Positions 37,994 to 47,936 of a stretch of DNA of 64,000 nt are shown here, in pieces. Positions within the stretch are counted from its first letter, which is position 1. Each line of letters starts with the position of its first letter. The stretch is from an uncultured delta proteobacterium (lineage in GTDB: Bacteria; Myxococcota_A; Polyangia; Fen-1088), in contig CAVYGB010000010.1 in NCBI GenBank assembly GCA_963767925.1, forward strand, positions 544,001 through 608,000, written 5' to 3'. The notes beneath the pieces are model-generated. The model was not told where the DNA came from. It made no database searches and saw nothing but the letters and a program-made list of their open reading frames with translations. The position numbers were made by a program, and so were the translations under genes.

Positions 37994-40717
37994 ATGACTC
38001 GAGTGTCTGCTTTCTCCTTCGTCCTGGTTCTTCTCGGTGGGCTGGTCGCGACGAAGGTCGCGCTCGGGCAAAGTGGTCAAAACGGTTCCATCGTGGGGAA
38101 CGTCTTCGACCAGGGCGGCGCCCCCATGGCCGGCGTGAAGATCACCGCGCGATCGGAGACGCAGATCGGCGGCGCCCGGTCGGTCTACAGCAACGGCGAG
38201 GGGACCTTCCGGTTCCACGCGCTGCAACCGGGGACCTTCGAGGTGCGGGCCGACGCGACAAAGCTCAAGCCCGTCATCATCAAGGACGTCACCGTCGGCA
38301 TCTCGGCGCCGGCCGAGGTCAACCTGGTGATGGAGGTGGAGACCGCGCTCGAGGAGGTGAAGGTCATCGAGCGCGCGCCGATGGTCAACACCAAGTCCTC
38401 GGCGATCAAGGAGACCATCGAAATGGACATGATCGAGTCCCTGCCGCTGGCCAACCGCCAGAGCGCCCACAACCAGCTCATCGGCGCGGTGGCGGGGGCG
38501 GTGGGCAACAACGTGCGGGGCGGCGTCGCCAGCCAGACCATCTTCACCCAGGACGGCTTCGACCTGCGCGAGCAGTACCCCACCATGAAGACCTCGGCGG
38601 CCTACGAGATCCTCACCGGCGGGCACGGGGCCGACGCCCCCACCGCCTCGGGCGGGCAGATCAACCTCGTCACCCGCTCCGGATCGAACCGCTTCGAGGG
38701 CGAGCTCAACGCCACCCTCGACTCGCCCTGGATGCAGTTCTTCCTCGAGCCGGGTGAGCAGCAGGGCTTGAACTCCATCTACCAGATCAACCCCATGCTG
38801 TCGGGGCCCATCATCCGCGACAAGCTGTGGTTCTTCGCCAACATGGAGACCTTCATCTTCCGCAACGGGCGGGGCTACGATCCCTCGGGCGTGTTCCCCC
38901 CCCGGCCCGACGGCATCAACTACAACAACAAGGGGATGGTCAAGCTCACCTGGCAGGCCACCAGCCGCCACCGCCTGTCGACCATGTTCAACTTCGACTC
39001 GCCCCACGAGCGCAACCGCAAGGGCGGCCTCGGCGTCGAGCCGGAGGCCCAGGAGCGGCGGATCGCCCGCCGCCTGTTCGGCGGCCTCGTCTGGGACGCC
39101 CTGCTGAGCGACAACCTCGTCCTGCGCAGCCAGGCGGGGGTCACCTACTACGGCAACCACGTCTACCCCGAGATGTGCGTCACCGATCCGGGCCGCTGCG
39201 ACTTCGTCGAGCCGATCATCCAGACCTTCCCCCTCGAGCAGGAGAGTCAGAACGCCAGCGTCCACAACCGGGAGGACGCCGTCGGCATCCAGTTCACGAA
39301 CCGCCTGGAGTGGTTCCTATCGAGCCAGAAGCTCGGCGAACACGCCGTCCAGCTCTCGAGCTCCTTCTTCGCCGAGAGCAACAGCGTCTACAGCTCCACG
39401 CCCGGCGACGCCATCACCACCTACAACGGGACCCTCCCCGCCACCCGGGCGATCTACTACTCGAACGACCCCCGGCTGGACGAGGCCCGCTTCGGCTGGT
39501 TCATCACCGACATCAACTGGCGCCGCCACACCGGCACCCTCCGCGACCAGTGGCGTCCCACCCGCCACCTCACGATCACCGGGGCCCTCTCCCACGTCTG
39601 GGCCCAGGGCACCAACAGCCTCGGCGACACGGCCATCGACAATGCCACCCTGGTGCCGAGCATCTCCGCCGCCTGGGACGCCACCCACGATGGCCGCACG
39701 GTGCTGCGGACCAGCTTCAGCAACTACGCCGACATGGAGATCGAGGACGCTGTCCGGCACTCCCTCGGCGGCCGGGTCCGCTACCAGTGCCGCTGGAACG
39801 AGGCGACCCAGCGCTTCGACAGCAACTGCGAATACAGCGGCGGCGCCAGCGGCAACACCATCGGCCGGCCCTGCGGCTCGACGGGGATCGACGCCAACGG
39901 CGTCTCCTGCGTCGAGGAGCTGCGCATCCCCCGCACGCAAGAGTACACCCTGGGGGCCGAGCGAGAGGTCACCCAGGGGGTGGCGCTGTCCCTGGATGCC
40001 ATGTACCGACGTTTCAACAACCAGTACGACACGCGGGAGACAAACCGGATCTGGAACAGCAACGGCACCGCCCTGTCCCCCACCCAGGCCTTCCGCAACG
40101 GGCGTAGCCAGACGGTCATCGACTACGGCACGCCGGACTACGCCCGGCGGCGCTACATGGGCCTCACCTTCGGCGCGCGAAAGCGCGAGGGGCGCTTCAA
40201 GATCCAGGGGTCGTACACCCTGAGCCAGCTCAAGGGGAACGAGGGCGGCTACGGCGACAACCCCGCCCAGGACGTCTACCTCTACGGCTACCTCGGCAAC
40301 GACCACCGCCACGAGATCAAGGCCCTGGCCCAGTTCTCGGCGACGAGCTGGTTGACCACCGGCATCCGCTACGACTACCACTCCGGCTATCCCTACAACC
40401 GCATCTACCGCAACCAGGTGACGAACAGCTTCGAGGACTTCCGGGCCCCGCTCGGCATCAACCCGGGCACCAACATCAACGACCCGACCGACGATCGCGA
40501 GCTGCGGCTGCCCGACGTCCAGAGCCTCAACGTGCAGGTGCGCTTCAACTTGCTGCCCCTCATCCAGCAACGGCTCGATCTCTACGTCGACGTGCTCAAC
40601 GTCCTGGCCCAGCGGACGGTCACCGGCGTGACCCAGAACGAGGGGCCCACCTTCGGCCTCACCACCGGCCGGGTCGGACCCATGCGCATCCGCCTCGGCC
40701 TGAACTACCGTTACTGA
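37994..40717 (+). CDS. TonB-dependent receptor, Oar-like (carboxypeptidase-regulatory-like N-domain)
   Basis: Signal peptide, GSIVGNVFDQGGAPMAGVKI, SGGQINLVTRSGSNRFEG plug motif, LSGPIIRDKLWFF, C-terminal IRLGLNYRY. Confidence 0.88.
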   Translation: MTRVSAFSFVLVLLGGLVATKVALGQSGQNGSIVGNVFDQGGAPMAGVKITARSETQIGGARSVYSNGEGTFRFHALQPGTFEVRADATKLKPVIIKDVTVGISAPAEVNLVMEVETALEEVKVIERAPMVNTKSSAIKETIEMDMIESLPLANRQSAHNQLIGAVAGAVGNNVRGGVASQTIFTQDGFDLREQYPTMKTSAAYEILTGGHGADAPTASGGQINLVTRSGSNRFEGELNATLDSPWMQFFLEPGEQQGLNSIYQINPMLSGPIIRDKLWFFANMETFIFRNGRGYDPSGVFPPRPDGINYNNKGMVKLTWQATSRHRLSTMFNFDSPHERNRKGGLGVEPEAQERRIARRLFGGLVWDALLSDNLVLRSQAGVTYYGNHVYPEMCVTDPGRCDFVEPIIQTFPLEQESQNASVHNREDAVGIQFTNRLEWFLSSQKLGEHAVQLSSSFFAESNSVYSSTPGDAITTYNGTLPATRAIYYSNDPRLDEARFGWFITDINWRRHTGTLRDQWRPTRHLTITGALSHVWAQGTNSLGDTAIDNATLVPSISAAWDATHDGRTVLRTSFSNYADMEIEDAVRHSLGGRVRYQCRWNEATQRFDSNCEYSGGASGNTIGRPCGSTGIDANGVSCVEELRIPRTQEYTLGAEREVTQGVALSLDAMYRRFNNQYDTRETNRIWNSNGTALSPTQAFRNGRSQTVIDYGTPDYARRRYMGLTFGARKREGRFKIQGSYTLSQLKGNEGGYGDNPAQDVYLYGYLGNDHRHEIKALAQFSATSWLTTGIRYDYHSGYPYNRIYRNQVTNSFEDFRAPLGINPGTNINDPTDDRELRLPDVQSLNVQVRFNLLPLIQQRLDLYVDVLNVLAQRTVTGVTQNEGPTFGLTTGRVGPMRIRLGLNYRY

Positions 40718-40733
40718 GCCCGGGCCGGCCCGA

Positions 40734-40905
40734 CCGGAGGCCCCTCTCCCCGCTTCGCGGGGCGAGGGCGAATGGACAACGGGGCCCGGAATCCGCGGGC
40801 GAAGCCGCCGCAGTTTCGCCGCTCGGAGGTTTGACCGGGGCACCTCGCTGCTTGTTCGCCCTCGCCCCGCGGCAGCGGGCAGAGGGCTGGGTGAGGGGCC
40901 TCCGG
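40734..40905. repeat. REP-like paired palindromic element, copy 2 (inverted relative to copy 1)
   Basis: Arms ccggaggcccctctccccgcttcgcggggcgagggcgaa and ttcgccctcgccccgcggcagcgggcagagggctgggtgaggggcctccgg. The inner flanks also match the reverse complement of copy 1. Confidence 0.8.
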
Positions 40906-41039
40906 CGTGTGCGGGTGGGGGGGGCTCGTGTCGGGGTCCGGATGGTGGTATGTGTAGCGGCAGTAACGGGGGTACGGGGTTGGTGGCGTGAGGCCCCTCG
41001 GCAACCGCGAGTTTCCGACGATTCCGACCAGGTTGGGGT

Positions 41040-41055
41040 TGGTCCCGGGGTTGCA
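41040..41055 (+). promoter_or_regulatory. Putative sigma54 promoter
   Basis: TGGTCCCGGGGTTGCA (GG-N10-GC, TTGCA), just upstream of the GGAGG RBS and ATG 41074. Confidence 0.5.
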
Positions 41056-41073
41056 CACCAGCTCGGAGGGATC

Positions 41074-42867
41074 ATGCGTGCTCGCCATGGATTTTGCGTT
41101 CTGCTCTCGCTCTCGGTGGGCGCCTGCCAGGCGTTCCGCCAGGCAGGGCCGGGTCTGACGCCCCCGCCCTGGTCGTCGACCCGGCTGACCGCCTTCGGCC
41201 CGGGCGCCCGGGCGCTCGTGATCGAGCGGAGCAGCAACGGGGGCGAAACCGAACGCTGGCTCGACGCCGGCGCCGCCCAGGACCAGGGCTACACGCTGAT
41301 CGACCTGTCGGACGACTTCACGCCCGTCATCTTCGCCCACCACAAGGACGCCGACGGACGGCTACAGGCCAACACCTACCGGACCACCTTCCTGGGCCTG
41401 GCCAACGACCGGCTGGACGGCGACGGCCAGCCGCTGGCCGCCGGCAGCGAGAACTACCTCGAGCTGTACGGCATCTTCCCCTCCCTCTCGGTGATCGGCC
41501 GCCGCTTCGCCGCCCAGGCGAACAAGACCTGCCTCGAGCCCGCGGCCCCCATCGCCGGCGGCAAGGCCCGCCCCGAGACCTACCAGGCGCTGGCCCGCCG
41601 CCTCACCTGCGAAGGTCTGCTGCCCGCCGACGCGGGCCACAAGGCCGGCAAGTTCGATCGGACCCTGCAGGTCGCGCTCAAGCGCTTCCAGCACAAGCAC
41701 ATGATCTACGAGGGCGCCCGCCTCAGCCGCGAGACGGTGGAGGCCCTCGGCCGCGATCTGCTGGCCAACAACCAGCGCGCCCTGCTGCGCGCGCTGCGCG
41801 AGCGCGTGGTGGCCGCGACCGGCATCCTGGAGGACGGCACCGGCTCGCGCTCGACCCTCGGCCCGGCGGCCAACCTGGTGGAGGACTACTCCGCGACGGT
41901 CGCCCGGTCCCTGGGGGTCGACACGCCGGAGGGGGCGGCGGCCTTCTTCCGCAAGCACCCGCCCGGCAGCTTCAACCGCTTCATCTTCGGCGTGAAGCTG
42001 CCGCCCTTGCCCGCCCACTACAACCCGGGCCTGCAGCTCAAGCTGGTCATCGACCGGGGCGACGTCTACTACGATCCGCCCTTCGACGAGGCGGGCAACC
42101 CCCAGCCCCAGGTGCGCAAGAAGCACCCCACCCTGGCGCTGGTCGGCGAGCTGGGGGGCAAGGAGCTCACCCTGGTCCGCTGGCGCACCACCATCGGGGG
42201 CTGGCGCCTCGAGCAGGCCAGCGACGGCCACGAATATTACCGCTACAAGGGCTCGGACGTCGGCGCGCGGGTGATGCGCCAGATCATCGCCGGCCCGGTC
42301 TGGCTGGCCCCCAACTCGACCCCCGTGCGCTCCCTGGTCAAGCGCAAATACGTCGGCGATCGCCTCCAGCACGTCGTCGACTACTCCGAGCTGGGCCCCG
42401 GGTACCTGTCGGCCTACGGCCTGGTGGCCGGCTACTTCGTCATCCCCGGCAAGAACGGCCGCCCCGACCGGGACAACGGCATCCGGGCCCACGGCTCGGC
42501 CGAATACCTGTCGATGTACAGCTCCGGGGGCTACTCACATGGTTGCCATCGGCTGCCCAACCACCTCGCCATCCGTCTCTACTCATTCCTGCTGCAGCGC
42601 CGGTCGGTGCGCGTGCGGGGCCAGCTCGACGGGGTGAGCCCCCGCCAGTTCCTGCACAGCGAGCGGGTCTTCGAGATCCGCACCCACTCCCGGGGCTACG
42701 GCTACGAGCTCGACCCCCCGCTGCCGATCGAGGTCCGCACCGGCACCGTGCGCGGCCTGCGCAAGCAACCAGTCGAGGAGTACGTCCCCCGCCCCGGCAT
42801 CCAGTACCCCGGCCCGCCCCCGCCCGTCCCCGGCGCCACCCCCGAACAGCTCGCCACCAACCCCTGA
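41074..42867 (+). CDS. L,D-transpeptidase-like lipoprotein with peptidoglycan-binding domain
   Basis: Lipobox VGAC; PG-binding GKFDRTLQVALKRFQ; catalytic IRAHGS...YSHGCHRL (YkuD-type His/Cys motif). Confidence 0.78.
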   Translation: MRARHGFCVLLSLSVGACQAFRQAGPGLTPPPWSSTRLTAFGPGARALVIERSSNGGETERWLDAGAAQDQGYTLIDLSDDFTPVIFAHHKDADGRLQANTYRTTFLGLANDRLDGDGQPLAAGSENYLELYGIFPSLSVIGRRFAAQANKTCLEPAAPIAGGKARPETYQALARRLTCEGLLPADAGHKAGKFDRTLQVALKRFQHKHMIYEGARLSRETVEALGRDLLANNQRALLRALRERVVAATGILEDGTGSRSTLGPAANLVEDYSATVARSLGVDTPEGAAAFFRKHPPGSFNRFIFGVKLPPLPAHYNPGLQLKLVIDRGDVYYDPPFDEAGNPQPQVRKKHPTLALVGELGGKELTLVRWRTTIGGWRLEQASDGHEYYRYKGSDVGARVMRQIIAGPVWLAPNSTPVRSLVKRKYVGDRLQHVVDYSELGPGYLSAYGLVAGYFVIPGKNGRPDRDNGIRAHGSAEYLSMYSSGGYSHGCHRLPNHLAIRLYSFLLQRRSVRVRGQLDGVSPRQFLHSERVFEIRTHSRGYGYELDPPLPIEVRTGTVRGLRKQPVEEYVPRPGIQYPGPPPPVPGATPEQLATNP

Positions 42868-42982
42868 CCGCCTTTCCGCACCCTCCCCACACTTGGGGTG
42901 AGCCCAGCGCGCCCCTCGATCTCACCGTCGCAGCACCGGCTCGCTCGCGCGCGCCTTGACCGCCGCCGCCCGCCCCCAACCC

Positions 42983-43036
42983 TGCCCGTTCGCCCTCGCC
43001 CCGCGCCAGCGGGGAGAGGGTCGGGGGTGCGGGGGG
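42983..43036. repeat. REP-like element, single arm (copy 3)
   Basis: tgcccgttcgccctcgccccgcgccagcggggagaggg matches the right arm of copy 1. Lies between convergent genes. Confidence 0.75.
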
Positions 43037-43046
43037 TCTGAGCTGC

Positions 43047-43796
43047 TTACTTGAACGCCGGGAAGGCCTTGGCGGGCACGCAGAGGCGCGTGCCGCTGGT
43101 GCCGTCGGCGCTGGCGTCGCAGGCGTAGGCGAGGTCGGGGCTGAGCCCGCTGCCGGTCACCGGCTCGCAGGCCGCAGGGTTCGGCTTGCCCGTCGTCGGA
43201 TCGGGCATCCCCATCTGGTCGACCCCGTCGCCGCAGTGGAGCGCCGGGTAGACCGCCGAGACCTTGTAATTGACCGTGCAGTCGCCCTCCTTGCGGACCA
43301 GGTCCCCCCCGAAGTGGATGGCGTTCGAGGTCGCCATCACCATCATCTCCATGTTGCTCCACTTGTAGCTGATGGCGGTGGTGCCCATGGTGATGCTCGT
43401 CTCGCTGAGCGTCGGCGCCTTGCAGAGGTTGGCGGCGTCGGGCTCCACGGCGGTGTAGCGCCCGATGGAATACTCCATCCCGGTGGCCATCCCCGCCTTG
43501 ACCGCCTGGAACACGCTCTCGGGCTCGATGGCGAGCGAGGCGGTGCCCGCCGCGTCGCCCGGGGGCGAGCGGTAATACTGCAGGTTGAGGATCTCCCCGG
43601 TCAGCACCTTGCCGTCGCAGGCCCCCTGGGGCGTCCCCTGCACGGTGTAGCGGGCCGCGTATTGCGCCGACTGGGCCCGGCACAGGGGCCGGGGCTGGGT
43701 GGCGTCACAGCCGCCCGCCGCCAGCGCGGCCAGCGACAGCAGGGCTGGCGCGAAGATCCCTCCGCCCGTCCGGCCCGTCGTCGTCGTCCTTGGCAT
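43047..43796 (-). CDS. Cys-rich lipoprotein, MlpA-like
   Basis: Lipobox AGGC-DATQPRPLC, multiple paired Cys, GAGGAG RBS. Directly downstream of an Oar-like receptor, as in the myxobacterial oar-mlpA arrangement. Confidence 0.7.
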   Translation of the reverse strand: MPRTTTTGRTGGGIFAPALLSLAALAAGGCDATQPRPLCRAQSAQYAARYTVQGTPQGACDGKVLTGEILNLQYYRSPPGDAAGTASLAIEPESVFQAVKAGMATGMEYSIGRYTAVEPDAANLCKAPTLSETSITMGTTAISYKWSNMEMMVMATSNAIHFGGDLVRKEGDCTVNYKVSAVYPALHCGDGVDQMGMPDPTTGKPNPAACEPVTGSGLSPDLAYACDASADGTSGTRLCVPAKAFPAFK

Positions 43797-43807
43797 GTGG
43801 CTCCTCA

Positions 43808-46800
43808 TCAAAACTCTCCTCGCAGGCCGAAGCGAAAGACCCGCGGCTCTTGCCAGGAGGTCGGTTTCTGGAAGTTGTCCCGGCGCTCGGCCGGCTGCTT
43901 GTCCGAGTTCTGGAGGCTGGGCAGGTCCGCCACCCGGTAGCCCTCCTTCGGATCGATATTGTCGTTGGTGTAGACCTCGTCGATCGAGGTCACCTTCTGC
44001 CAGTTGAGCAGGTTGAAGACATCCGCGGTGAGCGACAGCGAGGTCGAGCCCACGAGGGCCACCCGGTAGCTGAGCCGGAGGTCCAGCCCCGCCACCCAGG
44101 GCAGCCGCGGTCCGATCCCCCGCTGGACGATGTAGGCCTCCGAGGGGTAGGTGAAGCGATCGGTGCCTAGATAGCTGGTGGGCGCGCCCGAACGGACGCT
44201 CGCCGAGATGCCGGTGCCCAGCGCCTGGGTGCGGGTGAGCTGCCACTCCTTCGAGGCCAGGGCCTTCACGGTGTGGCGGATGTCGCCCTTGAGCGCCCCG
44301 TAGCGGTTGATCGGCACGTTGGGCGAGTCGAAGTCGGCCGTGCCGTTGGGTCCCAGGTAGCCGTCTTCGGGGGCGAACAGGCCGGCGTAGTTGCCCTTCA
44401 GGTAGCCGAGCGAATAGCTCGCCTGGGCCAGCCAGCCCTGGGAGAAGTTCTTCACCAGGTACGCGGTGAGGGCGTTGTAGTTCCGCTGGACCTTGGGGAA
44501 GGCCGCGCCCAGCCCGAAGCCGGGGTTGCCGGTGAACCCGGACAGCCCCGCCACCGGGGCCATGTCCTCGATCCAGTAGTTGATCCAGCGGCGGGTGTAG
44601 GTGACGCCCAGGCGGGCGTCGGGGAACACCTCGAACTCGGTGCCGGCCAGGAGCTCGTCGGAGGACGAGGCCCGGATGTCGGGGTCGAGGTTCCCGGGCA
44701 AGCCGCCGCCGGTGAAGATCTTGTTCGGGGCGCGGGGGTCCTCCTGGCTGTTGGGCCGCAGGTTCTCCCGGAGCTGGCACTCGTTGCGCTGCTGCGAGAG
44801 GATGCGGGGATCGCAGGCGTGGCCCCCGTGGAGCTGGGGCTCGCCGACCAGAATGACGTCGGCGAAGTCGAGCGGGGCGTTCTCGTAGTAGCGGGCGTAG
44901 CTGACGAACACCTTCGAGCGCCCGTCCTGGAGCGGGTCGTAGATGACCCCCAGGCGCGGCGACCACTGGTTCGGCAGGGACAGGCCGATGTTTCCCTCGG
45001 TGTTGTAGAAGTACTGGGCGTCGTAGCGCACGCCGAGGTTCACCGTGACCTTGTCGACGACGCTCCAGCTATCCTGGATGAAGCCGCCCACCGTGAGCGA
45101 CTGCGTCTTCTTGGTGAGGGGGTCGATGAAGTCGAAGTCGTCGGGCCCCTTGAGGATGCCGAAGCGCTCCTCGTCGTTGAACTGGCTGCCGTCCTCCGAC
45201 TCGGCGAAGACGCGGTTGCTCTTCTGGTTGCGGTAGCTGGTCAGCTCGCCGTCGAGGCCGAACTTGACCAGGTGGTGGCCCAGCAGGTTGGCCAGGTAGC
45301 TCACGATCACCGAGGTGTGGTAGCGGTTGTAGGTCGCCTCGGCGAGGTCGCGCGGCGAGCCGCTGACGTAGTCCTCGACGGTGCAGTCGGCCCCCGCTTC
45401 GCTGCACTTCTCCGACCCCGGGAACTTCTCGAACTCGGTGAGGTTGTGGTGGCCGCCCATGTCGGCCCGCCGCCGCCAGTTGACGTTGTAGTAGTAGCCG
45501 AGGTCGCCGGTCGAGGCGGAGGTCGCCCTCGACCCGTCGGCCGCCCGCCGCGAGTCGTTCTGGTAGTGGGTCCCCAGCATCACGTCGAGCAGCAGGCGCT
45601 TGCCCAGGAACTGCGAGTTCCATTTGAGCGAGGCGTCGATCGGCGTCGAGACGTACTGGTGGGCGCTGGCGCTGTAGGTCGTCGAGCCGCCTCCCTCGGG
45701 CGAGCCCGAGAGCGGATCGATCCCGTATTTGCCGGGGGTCACGCTGGTGCCATCGAAGGTGGCGCCGCCGCCCGAGCGGGTGGGAGTCCCGTAGGCCGCC
45801 AGGGTGAGGCGGTTGTCGGCGTTGATCGAATAGGTCAGCTTGGCGATGCCCTGGTAGGTGCGGGCGTCGGCCGTGTAGTCCTGCGAGTAGATCGGCGTCG
45901 GATCGATGGCGCCGTTCATGTCGCGGTAAAAGCGGCGGGCCACCTTGTAGCTCGTGTTCGACACGTCGAAGCCGGCGTAGAACCAGAGCTTGTCCTGGAG
46001 GATGGGGCCCCCGAGGTCGAGGCCGAAGTCACCGATGTACGAGAGCGTCGGCTGGGAGAAGACGCGGGTGAGGTCCTCGGGCGACCGCTCCCGCTTGCCC
46101 TCGAGCGCGCCCGGCGAGACGTAGCTCCAGACGCCGCCGTGGAACTCGTTCGAGCCCGACTTGGTGACGACGTTGAGGATGCCGCCGGTCGAGCGCCCGA
46201 ACTCGGGCAGATAGCCGGCGGTGACGACGTTGACCTCCTCGACGAACTCGCTCGAGAGCTGGGTGCCGAGCACACCCTTGCCGGGGTTGCCCACCGACAG
46301 GCCGTCGACCGAGTAGTGGTTCTCCGGCGAGGTGGCGCCGTTGATCCCGACGCCGTAGCTGTCGGCCGAGGCGGTGGGGGCCAGGGTGGCGACCGACTCG
46401 ATGGTGCGCGAGGCGGAGCCCTTGCCCCCCGGCGCCGCCACCGGCACCCGCTTGAGCAGCGCCGAGCTGAGGGTGGTGCTGGTGGTGCTCGAGCCGACGT
46501 CGACCGTGGGCCGCACCGTCAGCACGATGTCCTCCTGCTTCTGGGTCGACGCCACCAGGGCGGCGTTGACCCGCAAGGTGACGTCGGAGCGAACGGCGAT
46601 GCCCCCCTGCTGGCCGGGGAAATACCCGTCCTTGTCGAAGTTGATCGTGTAGACGCCGGGCGGAAGGTTCGGGATGCGGTACAGCCCGGCGTCGTCGCTG
46701 GCGGCGATCTGCTCCTCTTGCAGGGCGGGCGATTGCACCATCACGATCACGCCCGACAGCGGCTGCCGGGTGTTGTTGTCCATCACCACCCCCGTCAGGA

Positions 46801-46939
46801 CCCCCGCCCCTTGCTGCGCGGCTGCCGTCCCCGCCTGCAGGAGCAGAGCGGACAGGACGAGCACCGTCAGCGGAAACCGAGAACGTTTGCACTCACGGAC
46901 GAACGAAGGTCCGGAAAGTGCCAGGTCGCGACTTGGCAT
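43808..46939 (-). CDS. TonB-dependent receptor, Oar family
   Basis: VQSPALQEEQ, YRIPNLPPGVY, GATSPENHYSVDGL, GYLPEFGRSTGGILNVVTKSGSNEFHG, QDSWS, NQWSPRLGVIYDP, C-terminal FRFGLRGEF. Confidence 0.9.
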   Translation of the reverse strand: MPSRDLALSGPSFVRECKRSRFPLTVLVLSALLLQAGTAAAQQGAGVLTGVVMDNNTRQPLSGVIVMVQSPALQEEQIAASDDAGLYRIPNLPPGVYTINFDKDGYFPGQQGGIAVRSDVTLRVNAALVASTQKQEDIVLTVRPTVDVGSSTTSTTLSSALLKRVPVAAPGGKGSASRTIESVATLAPTASADSYGVGINGATSPENHYSVDGLSVGNPGKGVLGTQLSSEFVEEVNVVTAGYLPEFGRSTGGILNVVTKSGSNEFHGGVWSYVSPGALEGKRERSPEDLTRVFSQPTLSYIGDFGLDLGGPILQDKLWFYAGFDVSNTSYKVARRFYRDMNGAIDPTPIYSQDYTADARTYQGIAKLTYSINADNRLTLAAYGTPTRSGGGATFDGTSVTPGKYGIDPLSGSPEGGGSTTYSASAHQYVSTPIDASLKWNSQFLGKRLLLDVMLGTHYQNDSRRAADGSRATSASTGDLGYYYNVNWRRRADMGGHHNLTEFEKFPGSEKCSEAGADCTVEDYVSGSPRDLAEATYNRYHTSVIVSYLANLLGHHLVKFGLDGELTSYRNQKSNRVFAESEDGSQFNDEERFGILKGPDDFDFIDPLTKKTQSLTVGGFIQDSWSVVDKVTVNLGVRYDAQYFYNTEGNIGLSLPNQWSPRLGVIYDPLQDGRSKVFVSYARYYENAPLDFADVILVGEPQLHGGHACDPRILSQQRNECQLRENLRPNSQEDPRAPNKIFTGGGLPGNLDPDIRASSSDELLAGTEFEVFPDARLGVTYTRRWINYWIEDMAPVAGLSGFTGNPGFGLGAAFPKVQRNYNALTAYLVKNFSQGWLAQASYSLGYLKGNYAGLFAPEDGYLGPNGTADFDSPNVPINRYGALKGDIRHTVKALASKEWQLTRTQALGTGISASVRSGAPTSYLGTDRFTYPSEAYIVQRGIGPRLPWVAGLDLRLSYRVALVGSTSLSLTADVFNLLNWQKVTSIDEVYTNDNIDPKEGYRVADLPSLQNSDKQPAERRDNFQKPTSWQEPRVFRFGLRGEF

Positions 46940-47126
46940 GTGGCCTCCAGGAGTCGAGTTCGGAAAGAACGGCTCAGGCGTCGGCTCGATCGGGCAGCAC
47001 GTTAGGGCAGCCTCGATGGAGGGTCAAGTGCGGCAAGTGAGGCGCCGACGCTCCCCGTTAGTGCCCAAATGGCCGATTTAACTGTGTCGAATCGTTCCCG
47101 CTCAGGTTCTGTCTATAGTAGGTGCG

Positions 47127-47825
47127 ATGGCTTTCGATGCCTTCCTGGGGACACAGACCGCCAAGCCGCGCAAGTGGCGGCGGATCACCTTCATGCTCTC
47201 GTTCGGCCTGCACGCCGCGCTCCTGGTGGTCGGCGCAGTCTACTCTTTCTGGCACGTCGACGAGCTGTCGCCCCCCTCGGTGACGGTGACCTTCCTCGCC
47301 GCCGCCCCGCCGCCGCCGCCCCCCCCTCCCCCGCCGAAGAGAAAGAAGACCCAGGTCAAGCCGCGGCCAACCGAGGTCGTGCAGCCCAAGCCGGATCAGA
47401 TCATCCAGCCCAAGGAGCAGCCGCCTCCCGAGGAGGAAGAGGAGGAAGAGGGCGTCGAAGGGGGCGTCGAGGGCGGCGTGCCCGGCGGCGTTGTCGGCAG
47501 CACCGGCGAGGCCACCGGCCCGGTGATGGTGGCGCCCAACGTGGGCACCGGCCAGCGGCTCAGCGACCTCAGCGATCCCCGCTTCAAGCCCGGCCTGCCG
47601 CCCGCGCTCAACCGCGCCGGCATGATGTTCTGGGGCATGTTCAAGATCTGCGTCTCGGCCCAGGGCCGGGTCAGCGAGGTCAAGGTCATCAAGCCCGCCG
47701 ACCCGCTGGTCGACAACGAGTGGATCGCCAAGATCAAGCTCTGGGAGTACCGCCCCTACACGCTCAACGGCCGCCCGGTCCCCTTCTGCCACCCCGCCCG
47801 CATCGAAGTGCGATCGCAGGGCTGA
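47127..47825 (+). CDS. Energy transducer TonB
   Basis: N-terminal TM with SFGLH, poly-Pro stretch, EGVEGGVEGGVPGGVVG linker, C-terminal W.YRPYTLNGRPV domain. Confidence 0.85.
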   Translation: MAFDAFLGTQTAKPRKWRRITFMLSFGLHAALLVVGAVYSFWHVDELSPPSVTVTFLAAAPPPPPPPPPPKRKKTQVKPRPTEVVQPKPDQIIQPKEQPPPEEEEEEEGVEGGVEGGVPGGVVGSTGEATGPVMVAPNVGTGQRLSDLSDPRFKPGLPPALNRAGMMFWGMFKICVSAQGRVSEVKVIKPADPLVDNEWIAKIKLWEYRPYTLNGRPVPFCHPARIEVRSQG

Positions 47826-47936
47826 GCGTCCCCCGGGGCCGAGGGGCGCCCCTGGGTTTTTTCCCCCGGCCACGGTAAGACCAGCGGCCGTGTCTGCCGC
47901 GAACCTCTCTCCCCGGCGCCGCCGGGGCCTGTGCCC

